A DNA stretch of 64,000 bases from Candidatus Anammoxibacter sp. (lineage in GTDB: Bacteria; Planctomycetota; Brocadiia; Brocadiales; Anammoxibacteraceae), in the NCBI GenBank assembly GCA_021777055.1, contig JAIQZO010000004.1, forward strand, positions 55,594 through 119,593, in the 5' to 3' direction. This document shows positions 28,559 through 37,859 of this stretch, one piece after another. The position numbers and the translations under genes are program-made. The notes under the pieces are model-generated. The model saw only the letters and a program-made list of their open reading frames with translations, did no database searches and had not been told where the DNA came from. Numbering within the stretch: the stretch's first letter is position 1; each line of letters starts with the position of its first letter.

Positions 28559-31189
28559 TTATGCATAACATGCATAACTATTATCATGTACCTTCCCCGC
28601 CTTTACCTGATTCAGTATAGTTCCCACAACATTAGCGTTCGCCTTTTTTAAATGATCTCCAGCTTCCTCAATTTGTTTGACAGAGACATGCCCTGATTTA
28701 GCAACAAATATAACACCATCAACAATAGAAAACAATGGGCTTGCGCTGCACATTGTTTCCAGAATCGGGGCGGCATCCACAAGCACCACATCGTAATTAT
28801 TACGGAGAATATTTAAACATTTTTCCATTATCGACAGAAAATAGACTGAACTCACCGGCCTTACATTTAGTATTCCTGCTGGCAATAACGACAAATTTGG
28901 CCCATTTACATTCTGAATATAAGAAAATATATCCCTTTCAAGCAAGCGGGTTTCAGATATTCTACTTAACCGATTAATAATAGGCTTATAATCCTCCTGA
29001 AAATAAATCCTTTTATCTTCGTAAGTTTCAATACTACCATGTTCAAAAGAAAATGTCCCATGTTTCCAGCTAAACAGCTTCTGCAAATGTTCCTCCATCT
29101 GTAGTTTCAAAGGGCCCTGCAGTTGATCTTGATTTATATACCCAGCATTAATAAGAATGTACCCCAAAGGTTGCCCGGTCCGTTGATTTCTTTCAAGCGC
29201 ATCTTTTAATTGACTTTCATCAATAAAACCTCCACGCAACAACATAGTACCCAGACGATTAGCAAAAGGAACATCTTGGCTCTGCAAATTAAATAAACGA
29301 CCTTTCTCGAAGAAAGCAGTCATCGCCTGGTTATCGCTCCTAACTACAAGTTGACCACTATGCCTCTTTAAACCAATCAAAAAAAAGATGTCATCAACAC
29401 TGCATTTATCTAATGCCCCTTGCCTTAATTCATGCAACATAATATCCTCCATAACATTAGATAACCCTTTCTCGCCCTTATTTTCCAGAGCAAAGAGACG
29501 GTGCAAGGATGGTCGCAGAAAATCAGCATCAACCATAAGCACGCGAGCCCCTCCTACAGCAAGGCTTATAGCAGATTTTGCAATGACAGAGGTCTTACCT
29601 TCACCCGCAGTTGCACTCTGTACGACAAAAACCTGCCCAAGTGCTTTTGATTGTATTGAAGACAAACAAGTAGAAAGATTTCCAGAAATATCATAACGAC
29701 CATAACCATAACCTTTCCTTTCTTTTCCATTGGCACTCTCCAACCGCAAAACAGGTTTACTTCTTTTTATCGCCCTGTCATATGGCAAGAGACCAAGCAC
29801 AGGAGTTCCCAAAAACTGCCTAACATCATTAGGGGTCTTAATCGTATTGTCCATATATTCAAAGAAAAAGGCCAAGCCAACACCAAACGCCAGCCCCACA
29901 ACCACCGACATCATAAAGTTCACAAATACATTCGGTTCTGACGGACGATTTGGAACCTCAGCCTTATCCACAACACGAATATTATTTGTTTCCATGCTAC
30001 CAGTAAGGTTTAGTTCCTTTGCTTGTTTAAGCAAAATATCATGGATCGCTCTTTCGCTTTCTACATCTAATTTTAACATTTCATAATTAAGTTCATCAGA
30101 AGTAATAACTTCTCCGCCCTTTTGTACGAGATTACTAGCAACTTGGCTAGATTTGTTTTCATCACTGGCTAAAGCACGATCCATCTTTGTTTTTATTGTC
30201 ATCCGCGCCAGCCTTATTTCGTTCTTAATCTCTTGTTTTATCTGCTCAAGACTTGAATCTATTTCAATTATTTTTGGGTACCTTTGACCGTATTTGGCCG
30301 AAAGCTCTGCCCTGTCAATTGAAAGTTTTGTTAATTTGTTCCGCAGCTCAGCAATAACACGATTATCCTCAATCAAGGGTGACGAAAAGGCACTTTCAGC
30401 TTCAATAAAAGACGGATCAAGTTTTTCATACTTAAATTTATTTAACATTTGCAATGATGACTCAACTTTAACCTTTTGATCTCTAATTTGCTCTTTGATC
30501 CAATCAAGCGCTTGCTGAGATGCTAGACGCTGAGAATCAATATCGTTTTTAATAAATTCAAGCGCATGTGCGTTAGCAATACGTGCTGCCATTTTAGGAG
30601 ATAAATCCGAAAAAGTAATATCCACCAAACTAGTATCGCGAACAGGAGAAACATCTAATTTAGACAAATAATAATCCACAAAAACATCCTTTTTATACAG
30701 ACCCTCCTCTTTACCACTCAATGGTAAGGCCCCTTGACCTTTCGCAACTTTATATTTTGGTTTAGGCAAGAAACCTTTAAAAAACTTTGAAACTTTTTTC
30801 TGTACAAAAGTTAAATAATCCGGCTTTTCTCTCATAATAGATTTAAAGTAACCCCTTAATTCCAGATCATCAATCACTTTTTTTGCAAGGCCCCGACTCT
30901 TCAATAGTTTATATTGCGTATCATTATACATCTTCGGATTTGGCCCCATATCAACTTTCGCCAACCTTCCTATAAAGGAAGAATCCTTTTGAAGAAAAAA
31001 ACGAGTACTGGATTTAAATACAGGCTTAGTATTTATTGTTTTAACGGACACAAGGCAAACTATAGATAAAAAGAAAACGATAACCACCCATTTACGCCGC
31101 CAAACAATATTAAGGTAATCACTTAAATGGACTTGATCTGAACGTGAAACTTCTCCATCTGGAAAATTCGAAATCAGGTTTTTATTCAT
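28559..31189 (-). CDS. Wzc-like polysaccharide co-polymerase / BY-type tyrosine kinase with a large insertion in the kinase domain
   Basis: TM1 VVIVFFLSIVCLVSV, a long coiled-coil periplasmic region, and TM2 FMMSVVVGLAFGVGLAFFF. Walker A SATAGEGKTS, A' VLMVDADFLRP, NLSLLPAG, Walker B VVLVDAAP. ATG at 31189; an alternative TTG is at 31204. Confidence 0.8.
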   Translation of the reverse strand: MNKNLISNFPDGEVSRSDQVHLSDYLNIVWRRKWVVIVFFLSIVCLVSVKTINTKPVFKSSTRFFLQKDSSFIGRLAKVDMGPNPKMYNDTQYKLLKSRGLAKKVIDDLELRGYFKSIMREKPDYLTFVQKKVSKFFKGFLPKPKYKVAKGQGALPLSGKEEGLYKKDVFVDYYLSKLDVSPVRDTSLVDITFSDLSPKMAARIANAHALEFIKNDIDSQRLASQQALDWIKEQIRDQKVKVESSLQMLNKFKYEKLDPSFIEAESAFSSPLIEDNRVIAELRNKLTKLSIDRAELSAKYGQRYPKIIEIDSSLEQIKQEIKNEIRLARMTIKTKMDRALASDENKSSQVASNLVQKGGEVITSDELNYEMLKLDVESERAIHDILLKQAKELNLTGSMETNNIRVVDKAEVPNRPSEPNVFVNFMMSVVVGLAFGVGLAFFFEYMDNTIKTPNDVRQFLGTPVLGLLPYDRAIKRSKPVLRLESANGKERKGYGYGRYDISGNLSTCLSSIQSKALGQVFVVQSATAGEGKTSVIAKSAISLAVGGARVLMVDADFLRPSLHRLFALENKGEKGLSNVMEDIMLHELRQGALDKCSVDDIFFLIGLKRHSGQLVVRSDNQAMTAFFEKGRLFNLQSQDVPFANRLGTMLLRGGFIDESQLKDALERNQRTGQPLGYILINAGYINQDQLQGPLKLQMEEHLQKLFSWKHGTFSFEHGSIETYEDKRIYFQEDYKPIINRLSRISETRLLERDIFSYIQNVNGPNLSLLPAGILNVRPVSSVYFLSIMEKCLNILRNNYDVVLVDAAPILETMCSASPLFSIVDGVIFVAKSGHVSVKQIEEAGDHLKKANANVVGTILNQVKAGKVHDNSYACYA
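28905..29469 (-). other. approx 185-aa DUF4388-like plus MshEN-like insertion within the BY-kinase domain
   Basis: SVDDIFFLIGLKRHSGQLVVRSDNQAMTAFFEKGRLFNLQS is followed by RLGTMLLRGGFIDESQLKDALERN-QRTGQ-PLGYILINAGYINQDQLQGPLKLQ (nt 29099-29257) and then FSWKHGTFSFE. Confidence 0.6.
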
Positions 31190-31318
31190 AAATATCTTTA
31201 GCAAAAACTATTAACAAAAGTTATTATTTATTATATAAAAATAGCATAACTAACATAACACCTAACAAACAAAAGCGGCTAATCCTAAATTCATTTATCT
31301 GCCATTTAATTAATAAAA

Positions 31319-32149
31319 TCAGAAATACCGTTCACTCACAACAATAATATCATCATACATTACAAAATCTTCCATATTAGCATTAATCTCTTCTTCTTTT
31401 CCATTTCGATTAACACGAATAAATTTCGTACGTTTTATAGCAGCACTTTCATTCGGGCCTCCAGCCAGAGATATCGCATGACGCACAGTCAGCCCCTCTT
31501 CCCACGCATACCTCCCCGGTCTCCTCACTTCCCCCATCACAAAATAGCGTTGAACTTTCTCCACATATATTGAATCACCGTTTACCAGGTAAAAGATATC
31601 GTACCTACTTTTGGGATCATATTCGGCAAGATCTAATGTAATAATCTCCGGCTTTTTATTCTCAGAAACAGCAAAAGCCCCTTTCCCCAACCTTTTATGC
31701 TTATTACGTACAATTGTTACAGTTTGCCCTGCATCACCAGTAAACCCACCCGCCATAGATATCAATTCAAGTAAATGCGTCTTCTTTTTTAGATAATAAC
31801 TTCCAGCTTTCCTAACTTCCCCAAACAGAAAAACCTTCTGGCTTTGAAACGATCTCACTTTTACACTAACCTGCGGATCCACTAAATAACCATCTGCCAG
31901 TTTTTCCTTAACGAGCACTTCAAGTTCATACGCAGTAAGACCGCCCCCATAAACTTTACCAATTAGGGGAAATGTAAATGAACCATCTTGGGCAACACTA
32001 ACATCACGATCCAAATCCGAATTATCCCATACTTGCACCCCAACAACATCACCCGGACCTATTTTATACTCATCTACAAGATTATTATCTGCAAAAAGAT
32101 TAATCGAAGACATCACTAAGAACACCAAAAAATAGAAGATAATCGGCAT
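31319..32149 (-). CDS. Wza-like polysaccharide export outer-membrane protein
   Basis: Signal peptide, then YKIGPGDVVGVQVWDNSDL..DGSFTFPLIGKVYGGGLTAYELE (Poly_export motif), followed by two SLBB-like repeats. Confidence 0.8.
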   Translation of the reverse strand: MPIIFYFLVFLVMSSINLFADNNLVDEYKIGPGDVVGVQVWDNSDLDRDVSVAQDGSFTFPLIGKVYGGGLTAYELEVLVKEKLADGYLVDPQVSVKVRSFQSQKVFLFGEVRKAGSYYLKKKTHLLELISMAGGFTGDAGQTVTIVRNKHKRLGKGAFAVSENKKPEIITLDLAEYDPKSRYDIFYLVNGDSIYVEKVQRYFVMGEVRRPGRYAWEEGLTVRHAISLAGGPNESAAIKRTKFIRVNRNGKEEEINANMEDFVMYDDIIVVSERYF

Positions 32150-33503
32150 AATAATAAACTAAATCCTAAAAAAAAAGTTTTCAAGATAAATAAACAACAA
32201 AGCCATACAGTATTCTTAAATTAAGCACAATTTTCACCACTACCCACTGTACAATTTACCACCAAGGCATTATAACATAACATTTGATAACAAACAAATC
32301 GATAAATTCTTTTCGTGATAAAGCCACAAAGCCATACAGCACAAAAACATACCGAAACAAAGCAACCAAGCAATCCAGCGAATAAAGTCATGTTAAGAAA
32401 AATGCATGAAAATGCATGCAAATCTACACAAAGATATCAGTACAAAAAATATAATTCACGAAAAAAAAACGCAAAATAGTCAAATAAGCCATTACAGATC
32501 AACATGTTACACCACTCAAAAGAAAAGAAGATAAAAATGTACCTGAACCAAAGAAACAAGACTGCCAAGAACAGAAGCAAATAACACGCCAAACAAAAAA
32601 AAACAGCTAAAAAATGTTAGAAACTTTTGTATGGCAAGGAGTTACGCAATAAACCAACTAAATTTGCCTTCGCAAACAAAAGCTAACAAAACGTTAGATT
32701 AGTAACATTCAAGAACAACCAGAACAGAGATAAAGCAACTTATCTCGTTACAGCAATGCATATTGTAGATAGAAAAACCAAGGAACAAAAGCACTACACA
32801 CACATGCGACACAAAACTAACACACAAATTTGTTTTAGACTCTTACTTTACAATTCTCTGCACATCATCAAAACTATTACTTTTAATATCGCATCTAAAG
32901 CAAAATTATTTATAGAAAAAACTTGAATTTTACATAATGCTCTTCTATTATTACTGCTTAGTCAATCAGCAAACCCTTACCATACATAATTTTAGGCAAA
33001 AAAAACATATAGTCTGTGAAGAAAAAAAAAGAACCGTGAAAAAAGCAGATAAATTTTACAGCTTAACTAACCATTTCAAAAAGATTAATAGAATATAAGT
33101 TTATTAACATCAAATGTAGGACATTAAACCTCTTGATATTTCGGTTCTTTAGTATTTTGAGTTGACAACAGTGGTATCCTCATAAAAAATATGCCTCTGT
33201 TGCGCCACCACTACCTATGAGCATAATTTTAAAACATTAAAGGAAGGATGACCAAGTTATTTGCGTTCTAATCCTACAGAAATATTTACATATCAAAGCA
33301 AATTTTTTTTTAGATTAAAGCATAAACAATTTAATGAAAGGAGTAACAACGACGCGCTAAAATCCAAAATTTAGAATGGTTATGAATATTCAAGCCTTAT
33401 TACTACATACATACAGATATATCTAACGAAGCATTAATACTATTTCCTCTCTCAAAATCTTAAAGAACTATTATTTTTAATCTTAATTTAAAACTATCTA
33501 ACA

Positions 33504-34403
33504 TTGGACTTAAACAAAAAGAAAATCAAAAACATTATTGAACTTGCAATAAATGAAGATATCGGCAACGGTGATGTGACAGCAAATGCGATTATTCCGG
33601 ACAGTGTTACCATCTATGGTGACTTTATTGCAAAAGAGCCAGGAATTATTGCGGGGTTACCGGTTGTGGAGTCTATTTTCGAACGATTCAAAAACAGTGT
33701 GTCCCTAAACATGCATGTAAAAGACGGAGACCATGTTTCCGAAGGTGATTTAATAGCAAAAATTAGAGGAGATGCAAGGACAATACTATCCTACGAAAGA
33801 TTGTCTTTGAACTTCCTTCAAAGGCTATCCGGAATTGCAACATTAACATCTGTATATGTAAAACAGGCGGGAAAATATGGAATCAAGATCGTTGACACAA
33901 GAAAAACCACGCCAGGATGGCGCTACTTGGAAAAATATGCCGTTAGGGTGGGAGGTGGCACAAATCACCGAGAAGGCCTTTTTGACCAAGTCCTAATAAA
34001 AGATAACCACCTAAGCATTTTATGCTCACTCCAATCAGACAAAAAGCATGACCTCGGTAACCAAATAATTGAATCTGTACACCAAGCAAGAAGAACAATT
34101 CCCAAAGGCATGCTGATAGAGATTGAGATTGACCATGTTGAAAACGTAAAAGACGCCCTTGAATCTGGGGCGGATATTATCATGTTTGACAATATGGACT
34201 GCGATCAGATATCAAAATCATTGCGGGCAGTCAATGATTGGACACTGGAGACATCAAAAATAAAACCGATAATAGAAGTATCCGGCGGCGTAATACTTAA
34301 AAATCTTGAGAAAATTGCACAACCGGGAATTGACAGGCTTGCAATAGGAGCAGTTACACATTCAGCAAAGGCACTGGACATTTCATTGGAAATTAAAAGC
34401 TAA
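33504..34403 (+). CDS. nadC: nicotinate-nucleotide pyrophosphorylase (quinolinate phosphoribosyltransferase)
   Basis: EDIGNGDVT, ERLSLNFLQRLSGIAT, VDTRKTTPGWR, KYAVRVGGGTNHR and IMFDNM are the canonical NadC motif series. The start codon is TTG. Confidence 0.9.
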   Translation: MDLNKKKIKNIIELAINEDIGNGDVTANAIIPDSVTIYGDFIAKEPGIIAGLPVVESIFERFKNSVSLNMHVKDGDHVSEGDLIAKIRGDARTILSYERLSLNFLQRLSGIATLTSVYVKQAGKYGIKIVDTRKTTPGWRYLEKYAVRVGGGTNHREGLFDQVLIKDNHLSILCSLQSDKKHDLGNQIIESVHQARRTIPKGMLIEIEIDHVENVKDALESGADIIMFDNMDCDQISKSLRAVNDWTLETSKIKPIIEVSGGVILKNLEKIAQPGIDRLAIGAVTHSAKALDISLEIKS

Positions 34404-34497
34404 ACGTTAAGGACATCTTAAATGCCGTGCCCAGGCAAAACAGTTCAACTATGAATAATAAATCAGGGCAGGATGAGTATAGGACATATGCCCTGAT

Positions 34498-34884
34498 TCA
34501 AGATAAGATCTTCCACATCCACATTGCATTAACAATATCTTCTATCAACGCGGAAAAAGCACTGGTACAGTGAAGCGAATCGTTTCCTATCCAGCTCGCA
34601 GGTTTCTCCACATTCAAAGTAGTGAGTTGTACATCGTCACCTATGTCCAGTATTAATCTTGTTTTCCTGGAACTGTCAAAAAGCCAGAAATCTCTTTCGT
34701 CCTTAACCAATATGGAAAGAGAGTAAGAGGCTTGGAAATTGTTTACAAATGTCTTTGAAAATGTCAACGTTACTTTTGAACTGAAAGTCTCTACTGTATT
34801 TACACTTTTAATGGACTTTCCTTTATCTTTAATTATTTCACCTGCCGATTCACGGAATGCAAGTATTAAAAAACCAGTGCACAT
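34498..34884 (-). CDS. small hypothetical secreted protein, possibly frameshifted near its signal peptide
   Basis: An out-of-frame ATG at 34913 encodes MKRYYFFKFACALVF(stop). One extra T in the T6 run (plus-strand A6 at 34868-34873) would join it in frame to LILAFRESAGEII... Confidence 0.4.
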   Translation of the reverse strand: MCTGFLILAFRESAGEIIKDKGKSIKSVNTVETFSSKVTLTFSKTFVNNFQASYSLSILVKDERDFWLFDSSRKTRLILDIGDDVQLTTLNVEKPASWIGNDSLHCTSAFSALIEDIVNAMWMWKILS

Positions 34885-34951
34885 GCAAATTTAAAGAAAT
34901 AATATCTTTTCATTAGGCTCTCTACGCAAGAACAAATAAGCGACAAAATAA

Positions 34952-36079
34952 TCATACTTTTAAAGAAAAAGGCGAGTCCCCTTCTTGTTGTTCCTCGGCT
35001 TCTTTACCAGAAACCTTTTCACCCGATTCCAGCTTTATTCTTAAACGCAGATTATTTGCACTGTCAGCATTGGCCAGAGCAGTATCAAGGGTAATTCTAC
35101 CCGATTTATATAATACGTAGAGAGCCTGATCAAAGGTTTGCATGCCTTCCTGTACTCCAGCCGCCATTGTATCCTTTAGGGTTGAAATGCTTGCTTTTAA
35201 AATTAGATCTTGAACACGGGGAGTCCCTAACAGTATTTCTATTGCCGCCATCCTTTTCCCATCTGCCGCAGGTACAAGCCGTTGTGAAATAATAGCTCTT
35301 AGATTCAGGGAAAGCAATTGATATACCTGTGGGTGCCTTTCTGCAGGAAAGAAGTTAATGATCCTTTCCAGCGTCTGGTTTGCATTATTTGAATGTAGTG
35401 TCGCCATACAGAGGTGCCCGGTTTCCGCAAATGTTATGGCGGCTTCCATTGTCTCCGTATCTCTTATTTCTCCAACCAAAATCACATCAGGTGCCTGGCG
35501 TAGAGTATTTTTAAGTGCGTCCGCAAAGGAGAGAGTGTCAGTACCAACTTCCCTATGTGTAATAACGCACTTTTTATGTCGGTGGACATACTCGACAGGG
35601 TCTTCTACTGTAATAATATGGCCAGATGCAGTTGAATTGCGATGGTCCACCATTGCAGCAAGGGAAGTAGATTTTCCCGACCCAGTACCACCTACAACCA
35701 AAACAAGCCCCCTTTTTGTCATTACAATATCTTTTAAAATATTCGGCAATTCCAGCTCATCAATCGTCAATATATTCATTTTTATCTGTCTGATTACAAA
35801 TCCCACATCTTTTCGTTGATAAAAGATGTTTACCCTAAAACGCCCTAAATCGGGAGAATAGAGAGCAAGGTTCATTTCAAGCAACCGCTCAAAATCCGCC
35901 ATCTGTTTTTCATTCATCATTGAATATGCAAGCTCCTTAGCAATTTCAGGAGTAACTATTTCATTTCCGATAGGTTGCGTTACACCATCTACCCTGAACA
36001 TTGGCGGTATTTCTGTTGCGACATAGATGTCAGATGCTCCTCGATCTACCATTGTTTCCAACAATTCTTTTATTACCAT
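34952..36079 (-). CDS. PilT/PilU-family type IV pilus retraction ATPase (PilU-like C-terminus)
   Basis: Walker A GGTGSGKST, Asp box ITVEDPVE, Walker B ILVGEIRD, His box ATLHSN. The C-terminal GMQTFDQALYVLYKSGRITLDTALANADSANNLRLRIKL is PilU-like. The start is set at ATG 36079 (MVIKELLE..) rather than the track start at 36142. Confidence 0.85.
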   Translation of the reverse strand: MVIKELLETMVDRGASDIYVATEIPPMFRVDGVTQPIGNEIVTPEIAKELAYSMMNEKQMADFERLLEMNLALYSPDLGRFRVNIFYQRKDVGFVIRQIKMNILTIDELELPNILKDIVMTKRGLVLVVGGTGSGKSTSLAAMVDHRNSTASGHIITVEDPVEYVHRHKKCVITHREVGTDTLSFADALKNTLRQAPDVILVGEIRDTETMEAAITFAETGHLCMATLHSNNANQTLERIINFFPAERHPQVYQLLSLNLRAIISQRLVPAADGKRMAAIEILLGTPRVQDLILKASISTLKDTMAAGVQEGMQTFDQALYVLYKSGRITLDTALANADSANNLRLRIKLESGEKVSGKEAEEQQEGDSPFSLKV

Positions 36080-36335
36080 GTTTATTCGTATTATAAAAAC
36101 AAGTAAAAATATAAACCTCTCATTAGATTGGCTTTCAGCCAAATTGAGATTTCGCGTTATAAGAATGACATGTAATCATTATCGCCAAGTAAAATCACTG
36201 ATCATAAAAACCAGCACAATTAATCCAAATCAATGCAGCAAACCAAGTTTGTAAACCAATTACACAAGACAAACGAAACATTGATTAAGTTAGTTTCTGA
36301 AAAAAATATAGTATCAAGAAAAATGGCAGCACTCC

Positions 36336-37562
36336 TCAACCTAAACTCTGCATCAATTTAATCAGAGGCATAAACATTGCAATTACAATAAAACCGATTG
36401 CCCCACCTAAAAAAACAATGAGCAATGGTTCAATCAGGCTTGTCATCGCATCAACGATTGCGTCAACTTCGGAATCCAGATTATCTGCAACCTTTACCAG
36501 CATTTTATCCAGCTCTCCGGTCTCTTCACCTACTTCAACCATATTAATAACGATCTCTTCGGTCACCTTTGATTTTCGCAAAGGATCTCCTATGGTCCCC
36601 CCCTCCCTCACACTGTCACCAATATCCTCAATGGCCACCACCAATGCCTCATTTTTAGTTGCATCTTTAGTATTTGTTAATGCATCCAATATGGGGACAC
36701 CAGCAGTAGTCAATGTTGCAAGGGTCCTGCAAACCCCTGAAACAGCAGCTTTATTAATTATTTTCCCAAATACTGGTATCCTGAATGATGCTCTATCCAT
36801 GAAGTATTTAATCTTTCTTACTTTCGACAATAATTTCTTGAAGATTAACACTCCGATAGGTATGCCAAACAGATAATACCAATAGGCAACCAGGAAATCG
36901 CTGATAAATATAACGATCTGCGTCATCATCGGCAAGCCTCCCTCAACTTCCATATCATCAAACATCTTTACAAAACTTGGAATGATAAACATCATTATGC
37001 CTGCAATAATACCTGTAGCTATAACAATTACAGATACTGGATATGCCAACGCACTCACAATCCTTTTCTTTAATCTGTCTATTTTCTCCAAGAAATCAGC
37101 CAACCTTAACAATATTTGGTCTAGCATACCACCTATCTCACCAGCTTTAATCGTATTTACATATATCTTGCTAAAGGCACGTTTATGCTTTACCATTGCA
37201 CCAGAAAGGCTGCTCCCGTTTTCAATATCATCAACAATAGTCATTAGGTTTTTCTTCAACAAGCACGGTTTCATTTGAGTTTCCAGAATGTTTAAGCTTC
37301 TGACGATAGGCACATCTGCATTTATTAAGGTAGACAATTGGCGAGTAAACATATTTAGCTGTTTACTGGACACACCTCCTATTGTAATGCCCATGGACTT
37401 TTTTTTCTTGTCCCCTGCACCCTTTTTCACCTCTTTTATGCTTGAAAGATAAAGATTCTTTTCTCTAATTTTCTCTCTTGCATTATTAATATCATTGGCA
37501 ATTATGGTATTCTTTACTTTCTTACCAGTTTTATCAATAGCGGCAAACTTGAATGTCGGCAT
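36336..37562 (-). CDS. pilC: type IV pilus/T2SS platform protein (PilC/GspF family)
   Basis: Two T2SSF repeats, three TM segments, and the typical C-terminus LIEPLLIVFLGGAIGFIVIAMFMPL. Confidence 0.85.
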   Translation of the reverse strand: MPTFKFAAIDKTGKKVKNTIIANDINNAREKIREKNLYLSSIKEVKKGAGDKKKKSMGITIGGVSSKQLNMFTRQLSTLINADVPIVRSLNILETQMKPCLLKKNLMTIVDDIENGSSLSGAMVKHKRAFSKIYVNTIKAGEIGGMLDQILLRLADFLEKIDRLKKRIVSALAYPVSVIVIATGIIAGIMMFIIPSFVKMFDDMEVEGGLPMMTQIVIFISDFLVAYWYYLFGIPIGVLIFKKLLSKVRKIKYFMDRASFRIPVFGKIINKAAVSGVCRTLATLTTAGVPILDALTNTKDATKNEALVVAIEDIGDSVREGGTIGDPLRKSKVTEEIVINMVEVGEETGELDKMLVKVADNLDSEVDAIVDAMTSLIEPLLIVFLGGAIGFIVIAMFMPLIKLMQSLG

Positions 37563-37859
37563 TGTTTCCTCCTAAATACCAGAAAATTAGTGGTTTTATA
37601 AATCAAGAGCATTAAATAACAGTTCTAGTTTTTATGTTTCGGCTATATTTGAATGTTATTCAATCATGATTTTCTTGATGGGCATATAAACTCAGAAGAG
37701 ACGCACAAATTACTTTTGGAGTTAGGGAAATAAACAAGTGCTAGCGTTTATGTTTTAAACACACTGTTTAACTATTTATTGATGTATTAATAAAAGGCAT
37801 GTCCAGATATCACTTTTAACACTAGTATTGTAGAAAAAAAAGAAGATTATCTGTTATGA

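Noticed and set aside
32221-32421. 66-aa Cys/Phe-rich minus-strand ORF inside the long wza upstream region.
   Set aside because: There is no SD, the composition is odd (MHAFSCIFLNMTLFAGLLGCFVSVCFCAVWLCGF..), and it sits in a strongly skewed non-coding-looking tract. It is probably fortuitous.
33161-33503. Possible sigma-70-like promoter (ttgaca..taaaaa at approx 33161-33190) and an NAD-type riboswitch in the approx 300-nt nadC leader.
   Set aside because: The promoter spacing is imperfect (15 nt to taaaaa). I could see no conserved stem or nadA-motif-like structure in the leader, and there is no evidence beyond AT-rich sequence.
34461-34498. 10-bp stem (aatcagggca / tgccctgatt) with a 18-nt loop between convergent nadC and the small ORF, considered as a bidirectional terminator.
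   Set aside because: The loop is large and there is no U-tract on either strand. It also overlaps the stop codon of the minus-strand ORF. This is too weak to call.
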